The notes beneath the pieces were generated by a model. It was not told the DNA's origin. It made no database searches and saw only the letters and a program-made list of their open reading frames with translations. A stretch of 64,000 nucleotides of DNA from the human T2T-CHM13v2.0 reference genome, Homo sapiens, in assembly GCF_009914755.1 (NCBI RefSeq), contig NC_060931.1. One strand, given 5' to 3'. Position numbers and translations under genes: made by a program. Of this stretch, positions 29,629-43,060 are shown one piece after another. Position 1 is the stretch's first letter; each line of letters begins with the position of its first letter.

Positions 29629-29954
29629 TTATTTATTTATTTATTCATTTATTTAGAGATTAGGTCTCACTCTATTGCCCTGGCTCACTCTATTGCCCTG
29701 GCTCGAGTACAATGGTGCAATCTTGTCTCACTGCAGCCTCTGCCTCCCAGGTTCAAGTGATTCTCCTGCCTCAGCCTCTTGAGTAGCTGGGACTACAGGT
29801 GTGTGCCACCACGCCCAGCTAATTTTTGTATTTTTAGTAGAGATGCAGTTTTGCCATGTTGTTCAGGCTGTTCTCAACTCCTGGCCTCAAGTGATCCGCC
29901 TGCCTCAGCCTCCCAAAGTGCTGGGATTACAGGTGTGAGCCACTGCACCCAGCC
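29629..29954 (-). mobile_element. Alu (J/S) with 16-bp TSD TGTACACsAAAATATT and an internal 18-bp tandem duplication
   Basis: TSD at 29613-29628 and 29955-29970; CTCACTCTATTGCCCTGG x2 at 29666-29701. Confidence 0.92.
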
Positions 29955-30676
29955 TGTACACGAAAATATTAAAAGTGGTTATCGCTCAATGGTGAAAGTT
30001 GGGTGATATTAATTTTCTTTACTAATTAGTTCAAGTTTTTATAATACTTGTGCATTGCTCTTAACAATCTTGAAATCTACTTTTTAAATTTCAAGTTGTC
30101 AGGAGAGAGAATATGATTAGCTCACCTCTGGCCCAGGCACCTGTGGACAGGAAGTGAGGTCCGCTGGTATGTAGGGTGACCTCTCTCAGAGACTGAGCGG
30201 GCTCAGTTCTCTACGAGGAGAGGAGGTTGAGGAAGGAGTGATGGAGGCTCTCATACCAGCCAAAATGATGACAACAACAGTGGGGGATGAGAGGAAAGGC
30301 CAGATATGCAGTCTCTAAGGTTTAAACCTAGAAGACACTAGAATGATCATTTCCAATCACACTTGTCATTTCCTTCACTTAGAGATGATGAGAAGCCTCC
30401 AATGTAAGAACAAGAAAGGCCCTTTGAGGTCAGACAGCCCAACTCCTTCCTGTACAGCTAGAGAAGCCAAAGCAGAAGTAAAGTGGCCTGCCCTGTTTAC
30501 AGCTGGTGGCAAAGCTGGGGCTAGAGTCCAAGTTCTCTGCCCTGGGGTCCAGCACTCCTTGCACCACATTGCACTGTCTCTCCACTCTGATGCCAGGGCA
30601 GCCCATAGCTTAGTCAGACGGTGTTGGCCCAGAGCTGACAGTTAGGTTTGCTTCAAAGCCCCCTCCCTGGCTCACA

Positions 30677-30746
30677 GGAATTGCAGCCCAGGGCTGGTGG
30701 TTATTCTGGGAGGGAATTGCAGCCCAGGGCTGGTGGTTATTCTGGG
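30677..30746. repeat. 36-bp-period tandem duplication GGAATTGCAGCCCAGGGCTGGTGGTTATTCTGGG x2
   Basis: Seen directly; 34-bp identical core. Confidence 0.95.
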
Positions 30747-31217
30747 TGGTTATGAATGGGAGGGAAGAAGAGCCATCTGTGGACAGGAGATGGAAGCAGT
30801 GTCCACTCAGCCTGCTCTTAAGTGCAGTAGGTGCTTGAGATTGAGGAGAGAGGTAAACAATATTTCTGCTGATGAGTTACAGTATCCCAAGTGTGAAAAC
30901 CCCTGATTTGGTGAATCTGCAAAGCCCTTCTGTGGGAAGGGAGCCCATGTGAAGGACTACTTCAGCAGAATGGCTCTGCTTTTGAATTCTGAGATTCTGG
31001 TGGCATCTCATAAGGGAAATTCCCTTTAAGGGAATATTTGGATTAAAAGCACTCTGACAAACCCTGACTAAGTCCCGGCCACTCACTTCTAGCAGCAGTG
31101 ATTTTTTTTTTTTTTTTTTACAAGACAGAGTTTGCCTTTCTGTTTTAGGGAGAAATTGATTCCCCTTTAACCTCCCCAATATTGTTTCTTGTCATATTTA
31201 TGAAAACCAGTGGGAAG

Positions 31218-31596
<379 letters not shown>

Positions 31597-31621
31597 CTAT
31601 GGTGAAGCCTATTTTATTGCC

Positions 31622-31852
31622 TAGTGGTTCCCAAACAGGGGGAATTTTGCCTCCCAGGAGACATTTGGCAATGTCTGGAGCCATTTTTGGGTTGTTACAA
31701 GTGGCCATAAGCAGGGGGCTGGGGTGTGCAACTGGCATCTAGTGCGTAGAGACCGGGGATGCTATTAAACATTCTGCAACACACAGGACCGCCCCCACAA
31801 TAGAGAGTTATACAGCCCAAATGTCAATAAAGCCAAGATTGCAGACCCCTGG
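31622..31852 (+). mobile_element. MER20 hAT MITE
   Basis: GGAGACATTTGGCAATGTCTGGAG...CTGGCATCTAGTG..TAGAG..CGGGGATGCT MER20 core. Confidence 0.85.
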
Positions 31853-31968
31853 CCTAGAAGGTCTTTCTGTAGTGGACAGGAGTTTCTTAAATCTAAGAAC
31901 AGTCATTTCCAAGGCTACCCTCTCACATGGAATTAGACAAGGGGCTGTATATTAGTGTTTTCTTCTTC

Positions 31969-32000
<32 letters not shown>

Positions 32001-32186
32001 TGCTCAGTTAATAAACTAGCTAAAAATCTAGCAGTTACTATATATTTTGCTCTAAAATATCTTTATTCTAGAACAAGTGCACTCATTAAGAAGTTTTAAT
32101 GAAAATTACAGTGTCCATTTGATTAATGTGTTATAAGTTTTAGAGACCCTTCTACGTGATAGTCCAATTTAAAAAATTGTACCTTA

Positions 32187-32591
<405 letters not shown>

Positions 32592-32713
32592 TTAGAAGGA
32601 AACATTTCAGAATATTATTATGTATTTCTCAATGAATTTTTAAAATAGTTGAGATCATTCTATTTATACAAATTCATTTCTCCAAAATGAGTCTTTGTAA
32701 ATATTCAGTTTCC

Positions 32714-33033
32714 TGCAGGGTGCAGTAGCTCATGCCTGTAATCCCAGAATTTTGGGAGGCAAAGGCGGGAGGATCACTCGAGTCTGGGAGTTTAAGACCA
32801 GCCTGGGAAACATAGTGAGACCCTGTCTCTACAAAAAATTTTAAAAGTTAGCTGAATGTGGTGATGCACACCTGTGATCCCAGCTACTCAGGAGGCTGAG
32901 GTGGAAGGATCACTTGAGTCCAGAAGGTTGAGGCTGCAGTGAGTCATGATCATATCACTGCATTCCAGCCTGGGAGACAGAGGGAGACCTTGTCTAAAAA
33001 ATAAAATAAAATGAAAAATAAAATAATAAAAAA
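32714..33033 (+). mobile_element. AluJ
   Basis: J-type dimeric Alu. Confidence 0.9.
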
Positions 33034-33986
33034 ACAGGTGCTTAGTACTCCATCATGTAATACTGAACCCTACGTTACCTAAAAACCTATGTTGAACACA
33101 GGTCATTAATTGTTCACTATTATAAATAGTCTATAATGAACATTCATGCTTTTCTGTTGCTTTTTAAATAGCACAGCAATCTGGATTGTTCTGGAGACTT
33201 TGGGACATGATTATTTAATGCCTAGTTCATGACAGAAACAGAATAGATAGGTGTCCTACCAGTGCAACAGAGGAAACACCATTTGGAATAACCAATTGAA
33301 GGGAGAGTTCTGGAACACCTGGGAATGGGGATTTAAGCTTGGGTAGACCAACCAAAACATGTATCTGTATATATACAGATGTATGTATGGAAATACCAAA
33401 AAGAAAAAAAAATTGAAGAGATAAACATCAAACTTTTAGCCATGGTGACTCTGGGATAGAAAATTGGGATTGGGGGAGGAACAAGAAGAGAAGAGGAACT
33501 TTGAGGTTTTTTTCCATTATCTCCTTTATTTTTTGAATTCTTAACTATAAGAAGATATTCATATGTAACTTGTGTAATACTTAAGCACAGCACACTTGAG
33601 AGAATGATTTGGTTCCTCATGGATGGGAGGCCTGATTTGTCAGCAGTTACTCATCTTTTACTTTTTTAGCCAGCCCTGGTATTGCTGGGCACATTGTGGA
33701 TAATGGATGAGCATCCCTGGAGATGGTATATTTGGGTAAAGAAGTTCTAACGTGCATTTATTTGATGGGCCTTAATAATTTGTTCTCTTCTCAGAGTATT
33801 AGACATGACTCTTCTGCATCCATGGTCTTTGACATAGAAGATGGGAGTGGTGGAAACAGACAGTCTAGGGCCAGGATCCTGAAGGTTTCATTGTTTTAAG
33901 TGCTGATTTAGAGAAAGTTTCTCTGTGAAACATGCACACCCGGTCCCTGGGCCAATAGATAATGAGATTGTTCTTTTTTCCTTCAG

Positions 33987-34063
33987 GCCGTACACCTGGT
34001 CCCTGGCTCCAAGCGGAAGCAGTCGGGCAGAGCTCTGATGACATCAAAGGCAGAAATTCTCAG
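33987..34063 (+). CDS. WIPF3: WIPF3 penultimate coding exon (approx. exon 8): (S)RTPGPWLQAEAVGQSSDDIKGRNSQ
   Basis: Strong ttcttttttccttcag acceptor, CAG|GTAACA donor at 34064; 77 nt, phase 1-0. Confidence 0.92.
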
Positions 34064-37000
34064 GTAACACAAGCCTCATGTCTCTGAATGTAAAACCAGG
34101 AATTCTCCTCAGGAGGCACAGAAATGGTAAGGGTATGCTTTCTCCTTAACAGCTTTATATTTTTCCTCACACTCCTTTTCCTCAGGGAAAGCCATTTGGT
34201 GGACCTTTTTTCAAGCCAGAATGAAACACTCACCATTTCAAAATCTGAAGTGTGACAAAAGGGGGCTTCCCTGGAATCACCACTACATATAGAAGCAAGT
34301 TTAGCAACTCTGACATTCTGCAACAATCATGCCAATCACTTCCCATTCTTCCTTGGTTATGATGGCCTGTGAGAAAAACTGAATAACATGTATAAAACAT
34401 AATTCAGTATTCTCTCTCATCTGTAGAATACATGGTTTCTTTTAGCACACTTGGAGTTTTTTTTTCCCCCACCAATGTTATAATTGATTTTGGCCAAATT
34501 TAGTCACAATTCAAGTACTAGTACCCACAAGAAATGAACAGAACTAGAAGGCAAGCCAGACAGCTGCTTTTGTGATAAGACAGTCCTTGAAGAAACACCT
34601 TTAATCTCACCCAGGGCATCTTGAACCGAATTATTTCCTAACCTGGACACATTTCCCTGCACATGACAGGGTCTCATCTTTAAAAGCCCTTTGTTTCTTT
34701 GAAAACATGTATTCAGTCGAACAATAATCTCCCCATTTCTGAATACTATGTGACAGACTACAGAGTCACTTGCAGTTAAACCAGGCAATTCTGCAACTGT
34801 GTGGAACATCAAGGAAAGTGACCTGAGAAGGAAGAGGCTAGGTTCCTGGAAGCTAGGATGAGTTCCTCAGAGGAAAAAGTACATCCTCTAGCAGATAAGT
34901 ATCCCCCTTTTCTAACCACAGCTGATGCAAGAATTGCAGTAACGATTCTTAGACGATCACAGGTTCAAAACTGTGTGTATGATTGTAGTTAAGGAAGAAG
35001 TATATATACATAGGAAAAAAGACAGGAAGAATATACACAATATTGTTAACAGGTAGAGAGAATTCTGAGAAGATGGCAGAGGAGAAAGCACCAGGAATCT
35101 GTGGACAACAATTGCATTGGCAGAATCTGTCTGATGTAATTTGTCTCATGTATTTTGGAACTCTGGGATTCATTAAAGGCTTGAAACTTCCATGGGAAAG
35201 CTTGGACAGTAAATTGTGCTCTTAGTACAATAGTAACTACTCATCCTCCACCCCCCACCCCATGGCAGGCAACTGGGCACGTGTTCCTGGAGCAGCTTGC
35301 ATACAGCTTGCAGGAGCCAAGGTGGGCACAAAAAAAAAACCCTGTCCTCCAGATACTGGGGAATCTATTCTCTGATTGGTTATTGCTGCTTCTGATCACA
35401 GAGGTACAAATAAAGAGATGGGCAGCCATTGTTGCACCTCCTCTTATTGTTGTAAATCCCTTTCCCTCTGGCTGAAGTGGCCTCCTGGGGATTTCAAGGG
35501 CTGGTGGCCATTTTGTTCCTCCTGTCCTTGCTCTTTTTTTTTCCCCATTTGGGAGCCAAACATTAAAGATGAACATTCAAAGGCTACTACATATATGATG
35601 AAAATTAGAAAGTGACCACATATGCCCAGGGAAAGGCACAGGCTCAGAAAAGACCAAGAAGACCTTAAGATTACACCTCAGGCTGATTCTTAGCACAGAG
35701 ACAGCCTACAACAATCAAAAAAATAAAATGAACAAAAACAATAAGAAAAACCAGCAAACCCTGGGGGACAGAGAGAATTGATATCTAGAGTTACCACATT
35801 ATTAGATTAAAATGTAGAGTTTTCAACAACAACAAAAATCACATCATACAAAGAAACAGGAGAGTATGGCCCATTCAAAGGAAGAAAAAAAACAAATCAA
35901 TAGAGACTGCTCTTAAAAAAGACCTGATGGGAGATCTACTAGACAAAGACTTTAAAACAACTGTCTTAAAGATGCTCAAAGAACTAAAGGAAAATGTGGA
36001 GAAAGTCAAGAAACGGATGTATGAACAAAATGGAAGTATCAATAAAGAGGAAAAAAACATTTTCTGGAGCTGAAAAATACAACAAATGAAATGAAAAATT
36101 TACTAGAGGGAATAAAAGGCAGACTTGAGCAGGCAGATGAAAGAATCAACAAACTTGAAGATAGGACAACTGAAATTATTGAGTCAGAAGAACAGAAAGA
36201 AAAAAAATTAAAAGTGAACAAAGCCTAAGAGACCTGTGGGAGACCATCTAGCAGATTAACACGCTTATTGTGGGAGTTCTAGAAGGAGAAAGGAAAGAAA
36301 AAGGGTAAAAAAGACTCTCTGAAGAAATAATAGCTCAAAACTCTCCAAATTTGATGAAAGGCATGAATATAAACATCCAAAATGCTCAGTAAAGTAAGAT
36401 GAACTAAAAAACCACACCAAAGAAACACTATAATCAAATTTTCAAAAGGCAAAGAGAAAATCTTGAAAACAGCAAGAGAGAAGTGACTCATCACATACAA
36501 GGGATCTTCAGTAAGATTATCAGTAAATTTATCATCCAAACTTTGAAGGCCAGAAGGTGGTGAGCCCATATATTCCAAGTGCTAAAAGAAAAAACTGTCA
36601 AGCCGTAATTTTCTACCTGGCAAAACCATTCTTAAAAAGTGAGGGAGAAATTAAGATATTCACAGATAAACAAAAGCTGAGGGAGTTTGTTACCACTAGA
36701 CCTGCCCTGCAAGAATACCCAAGGGAGTCCTAAAGGGTCAAATGAAAGGACACGAAACAGTAACTTGAAGCTGTAGGAAGAAACAATGACCTCACTAAAG
36801 GTAACTATATGGCCAATTATAAAATCTAATATTATTGTAACAACAGTTTGTAACTATACTTTTTGTTTTCTACATGATTTAAAAGACAAAACATTTTTAA
36901 ATTTTTTAGTTTAAAAGCTAGTGTTATTGTAACTTTGGTTTGTAACTATATATTTAGGGTTATACATAATTTAAGAGACTAGTGTATTTAAAAGACTTAT

Positions 37001-37175
37001 TAATTTATGTTTTGGGGCACACAGTATATAAAGATGTAATTTGTTCACATCAACAACTAAAAGGAGTGGTGATGGAGCTGTAAAAAAGCAGATATTTTGT
37101 ATGTTATTGAATCTAAGCTACTATAAAATCAAATTATAGTCTTACAACTTTAGGATGTTAAGTGTAATTCCTATG

Positions 37176-37538
37176 GGCTATGGCCTGAATGTTTGTGTCC
37201 CTCAAAGTTCATATGCCAAAACCTAATCCCTAATGTGACAGTATTAAAAAAGTTGGGCCTTTGGGGGGGTGATAAACCATGAGGGCAGAGCCCTCATGAA
37301 TGAGATTAGTGCCCTTATAAAATAGGCATGAGGGAGCTTGTTCATCCCTTTCACCATGTGAAGATGCAGTTTGAAGGCACCATCTAGCAGACAGCGAGCC
37401 CTCACAAGACACCATATCTGTTGGTGCCTTGATCTTGGACTTCCCAGCCTCTACAAATTTAAGAAATAAATTTCTGCTGTTTTCATAAATTACTCAGTGT
37501 AAGATGCTTTGTTATAGCAGCCTGAAAAGACTAAGACA
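37176..37538 (+). mobile_element. MLT1A-type MaLR LTR nested in L1
   Basis: GCTATGGCCTGAATGTTTGTGTCCC...GACTAAGACA; near-TSD CTATG/CCATG. Confidence 0.85.
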
Positions 37539-38329
37539 CCATGGTAACCACACAGAAAATAGCTATAGAATATATACAAAAGGAAATGAGAAACAAATTT
37601 AAACATTTCACTACAAAAAAAGTCAACTAAACAGAAAAGAAAGGGTATGAGGTACAAAAAAGCTATATAGAAAAGAAGTAGCAAAATGACAGAGTAAATC
37701 CCTCCTTGTCAGTAATTGCTTCAAATGCAAATGGATTAAACTTTCCAATCAAAAGACAGAGATTGGCAGAATGGAATTTTAAAAATCTGATCCAACAGTA
37801 TGCTGTTTACAAGAGACTCAGTTTAGCTATAAAGACAAATAGGTTGAAAGTGAAAGGATGGAAAGAGATATTCCTACTGTGATCAAAAGAGAGCAGGGGT
37901 GGCTCTACTAACATCAGGCAAAATAGACATTAAATCAAAAAGTTTACAAGAAACAAAAAGGACATTATATGTTAATACAAGTTTCAATAGAGCAAGAAGA
38001 CATAACAATTACAGATATTAGTTCACCTAATAACAGACCATCAAAATGCATGAAGCAAAACTGACAGAATTAAAGTGAGAAACAGACCTATAATAATAGC
38101 TGAAGAATCAAATATCCTACTCCTAATAATGGGTGAAACAACCAGACAGGAGATAAGGAAAGAAATAGAGAACACAAAAAAGCTGTATATAACAGACATA
38201 TACAGTACAGCCTACCCAACAACAGCAGTATATACATTCTTCTTAAATGCACATGAGACATTTTCCAGGAGAGTCCATTTGTTAGGCCACAAATTAAGTG
38301 TCTTAAATGATTTTAAAAGATAGATATCA

Positions 38330-38628
<299 letters not shown>

Positions 38629-39315
38629 GATAGATATCAGACAAAATATCTTTCCTAGCACAGTGGAATAAAATTATAAATCAAGAACAGAAGTAAAACT
38701 GGAAAATTCACAAATTTGTAGAAATTAAACACTACACTCTTAAACAACCAATGGATCAAAGACTAAATCAGAAAGGAAACTATAAAACACTTGGAGATTA
38801 ATTGAAATGAACATACAACATACCAAAATTTATGGAACACTGAAAGCAGTGCTAAGAGGGAGATTTATAGCTATAAATTGTTACATTAAAAAACAAGAAA
38901 GTTATCAAATCAGCAACCTAATTTTACAATGTAAAGAGCTAGAAAAAGAAGAACAAATTAAACCTAAAGCTAGCAAGAAGGAAGGAAATGAAGAAAATTA
39001 AAACAGAGATCAATGAAATAGAGAACAGAAAAACAATACAGAAAATCAACAAAACCAAAAGTTGGTTATTGAAAAGATTAACAAAACTGACAAACCTTTA
39101 GTTAGATAGACTAAGGAAAAAACAGAGAAGACTCAAACTGCTAAAATCAGAAATGAAAGTGGATACATTACTACTAATCCAACTGAAATAAAAAGGATTA
39201 TAAGAGAGTATTATAAATACTTTTATGCCAAAAAGTTGGATAACCTAGATGAAATGGACACATTTCTAAAAACACAAAACCTACCAAGACCAAATCACAA
39301 TGAAATAGAAAATCT

Positions 39316-39928
39316 GGCTGGGCATGGTGGCTTACACATGTAATCACAGGTCTTTGGGAGGTTAAGGTGGGAGAATTGCTTGAGGCCAGGAGTCTGAGCC
39401 AGCCTAGACAACATAGCGAACCCTGTCTCTACAAAAAAATTTTTAAATTAGCCAGATATGGTGGTGCGTGGCTGTAGTCTAGCTACTTGGGAGACTGAGG
39501 TGAGAAGATTGCTTGAGCCCAGGAGTTTGAGGCTGCAGTGAGCTATGGATTGCACCACTGCACTACACCCTGGGTGACAGAGTGAAACCCTGTCTCAAAA
39601 AAAAAAAAGAAGATAGAGAGTAGAAGGATGGTTACAAACTAGCGGGGGAGTGGAGTTGGGGATGGTTAATTGGTATAAAAAATAGTTAGAATAAATAAGA
39701 CCTACTATTTGATAGCACAACAGGGTGACTATAGTCAACAATAATTTAATGGTGCAGTTTAAAATAACTCAAAGAATATAACTGGATTGTCTGTAACCCA
39801 AAGATAAATGCTTGAGGGGATGGATACCCGATTTTCCTTGATGTGATGATCACTCATTGCATACCTGTATCAAAACATCTCATGTACCCCATAAATATAT
39901 ACACCTACTATGTACCCACAAAAAAAAA
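39316..39928 (+). mobile_element. AluJ (39316-39608) followed by an L1MA 3'-end fragment (39612-39928), nested in L1
   Basis: Both enclosed by TSD GAAATAGAAAATCTG. Confidence 0.88.
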
Positions 39929-42224
39929 GAAATAGAAAATCTGAATAGACTTATAACTAGTAAGGACATTTAACCATTAATCAAATATCTCCCAAAAAAG
40001 AAGAGCTCTGGGCTTCATGGCTTCACTGGTGAATTCTGCCAAACGTTCAAAGAACTAACCCAATCCCTCTAAAAGCTTTCCAAAAAATTGAAGAGGAGGG
40101 AACACTTTTTATCTATTCTATGAGACCAGCATTATCCTGATACCAAAGCCAGCAAAGACACAAGAAAACTGTAGACCAATATCCCTTATAAACACTGATG
40201 CAGAAATTCTCAATAAAATACTAGCAAATCAAATCCAGTAGTATATTAAAAGGATTATATACCATGACCAAGTAGGATTTATTCCTGCATGGCAAAGATT
40301 ATTCAATATATAAAAATCAGTTAATGCAATATATTGCATTAATAGGATGAAGGGAAAAAAACACATGATCATCTCAATTGATGCAGAAAAAGCATTTGAC
40401 AAAATTGAACACCTTTTCATGATAAAAAAAATTATCAATAAACTAGGAATAGAAGGAAACTCCCTTAACATAATAAAAGCCATATATGAAAAATCTACAG
40501 TGAACATGCCCAATGGTGAAAGACTGAAAGCTTTTGCTTTAAGATCAGGAACAAGGCAAGGATGCCTGCTTTCATCGCTTCTATTCAACATAGTACTGGA
40601 AGTCTATCCAGAGCAAAGTTGGGCAAGAAAAAGAAATAAAAGACATCCAAATTGGAAAGCAAGAAGTAAAATTATCTCTGTTTGCAGATGATATGTTGTT
40701 ATATGTAGAAAATCCTAAAGATTCCACCAAAAAAAAAAACTGTTAGAAATAATTCAGCAAAGTAGCAGGATACAAAGTCAACACACAAAAATATGGTTGT
40801 ATTTCTACACACTAACAATGAGCAATCTGTAACGAAAATTACAGAAACAATTCCATTTATGATAGCATAGAAAAGAATGAAATACTTAGCAGTTAACCAA
40901 GCAGGTGAAAGACTTGCATAATGAAAACTATAAAACATGGCTGAAATAAATTAAATAAGACATAAATAAATGCAAACACATCCCATGTTCATGGGTTAGA
41001 AGACATTATTGTTAAGATGTCAATACTACCCAAAGCAATCTACAGATTCAGTGTAAACCCTACCGAAATCTCAATGACATTTTCTTCAGAAATAGAAAAA
41101 CCCAGAATCCTAAAAGAAGAATCCTAAAATTCATATGGAATCTCAAGGAACTCCTTGAGATAGCCACAACAATCTTGAAAAAGAAGAATAAATCTAGGGG
41201 ACTCACACTTCCTATTTCAAAACTATAATAATCAAAACAGTGTGGTACTGGTATAAAGACAGACATATAGACCAATGGGATAGAATAAAAAGCAATAAAT
41301 AAATAGAATAAAAAGAAATAAACCCTTGCATGTATGGTCAAATGATTTTAACAAGGGTGCCAAGACCATTCAATAGGGAAAAGGTAGTATTTTCAACAAA
41401 TGATGCTAGGAACACTGGATATCCCCACATAGAAGAATGAAGTTGGACCCCTTCTAATATCATGTACAAAAATTAACTCAAAATGAATCGAAGACCTAAA
41501 TGTAGGACCTGAAACTGTAAAACTCTTAGGAGAAAACACAGGGCAAAACCTTCATGACACTGGGTTTGACAATGATTTCTTGGATATGACACTAAAGGCA
41601 TAGGCAACAGAAGAAAAAATAAGCAAACTGGATTTCATGAAAATCTTTAAAATTTGCATATCAAAGACAATATAAAAAAGAAAAGGCAACCCACAGAATG
41701 GGAGGAGGTATTTTCATATCGTGTATCTGATAAGAGATTAATATCCATGATATATACAGAACTTATAAAACTCAACAAGAAAACAAATAACCTAATTTAA
41801 AAATGAGCAATGGACTTGAATAGACATTTCTCTAAAGAAGATAAACAAATGGCCAATGAGCATAGGAAAAGTAGCTCAGCATCACTAATCATTAGAGAAA
41901 TAAAAATCAAAATTACAATGAGATACCACCTCATACACATCAAGACGGCTGCTATCAAAACAAAACAAAATAACAAGTGGTGGCAAAGATGTGGAGAAAA
42001 TGGAACCCTTATGCACTGTTGGTGAGAATGTGAAATGGTACAGCTGCTGTGGAAAACAGTATGGCAGTTCCTCAAAATATAAAAAACAGAATTACCATAT
42101 GATCTGGCACTTCCACTTCTGCGTATATACCCAAAAGAACCTAAAGCAGAGCCTGGAAGAGATATTTGTACACCCATGTTCATAGCAGCATTATTTACAA
42201 TAGCTAAAATGTAGAAGCAACTTG

Positions 42225-42329
42225 ATCCTCTTGTAGTTCATGAGCGTGATGATTGAGTATTCATGTGCATGTGTGAGATGTGCCACTGTCTGAACCTTGT
42301 TACAACCTTGGCACATTACCTGTCTGACC
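42225..42329 (+). pseudogene. U13 (SNORD13) box C/D snoRNA retrocopy
   Basis: Colinear with U13 as I recall it (ATCCTyTTGTAGTTCATGAGCGTGATGATTG...GAACCTTGTTAC...GGCACATTACC.GTCTGACC); box C GTGATGA 42246-42252, box D CTGA 42324-42327; A-rich tail; 18-bp TSD TAAAATGTAGAAGCAACT at 42205-42222 and 42349-42366. Confidence 0.92.
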
Positions 42330-42761
42330 TGAACTTGGAAAAATAAAGTAAAATGTAGAAGCAACTCAAGTATCATAGATAGATGAATGGATAAACAAAA
42401 TGTGATACACGCATGTACAGTGGAATATTATCCAGCTTAAAAAGTAGGAAGTTCTAAAATATGCTTCAACATGGATGAACTTTGAGAACATTATTCTAAG
42501 TGAAATAAGCCACTCACAAAAGACAGACACCATATATGCCTCCATTTACCTAAGTACTTACCGTAGTAGAAACAGCAAGTAGACTGGTGCTTGCCAGAGA
42601 TTAGAGGGAAAAAGAAAATTGAGAGGTATTGTTTAATGGGTACAGTCTCAGTTTTACAAGATGAAAAGAGTTAAACAAAAGTGGGTACTGATGATTGGTT
42701 GCAAAACATTATGAATGTATTTAATACCCCTAAACTATACACTTAAAAATGATTACTAGTC

Positions 42762-43060
42762 AGCTGGGTGTGGTGGCTCATGCCTGTAATCCCAGCACTT
42801 TGGGAGGCCAAGGCAGTCGGATCACCTGAGGTTGGGAGTTCGAGACCAGCCTGACCAACATGGAGAAACCCCATCTCTACTAAAAATACAGAATTAGCCA
42901 GGCATGGTGGCGCATATCTGTAATCCCAGCTACACGGGAGGCTGAGGCAAGAGAAGCGCTTGAACCCGTGGACGGAGGTTGCGGTGAGCTGAGATCACGC
43001 CATTGCACTCCAGCCTGGGCAACAAGAGTGAAACTCCGTCTCAAAAAAAAAAAAAAAAAA
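42762..43060 (+). mobile_element. AluSp-like, nested in L1 3'UTR
   Basis: CCTGACCAACATGGAGAAACCC diagnostic; TSD TTACTAGT. Confidence 0.92.

Noticed and set aside
40347-40691. Reverse-transcriptase-like ORF
   Set aside because: Fragment of a decayed L1 ORF2 bounded by stops and frameshifts; not a functional or novel RT system.
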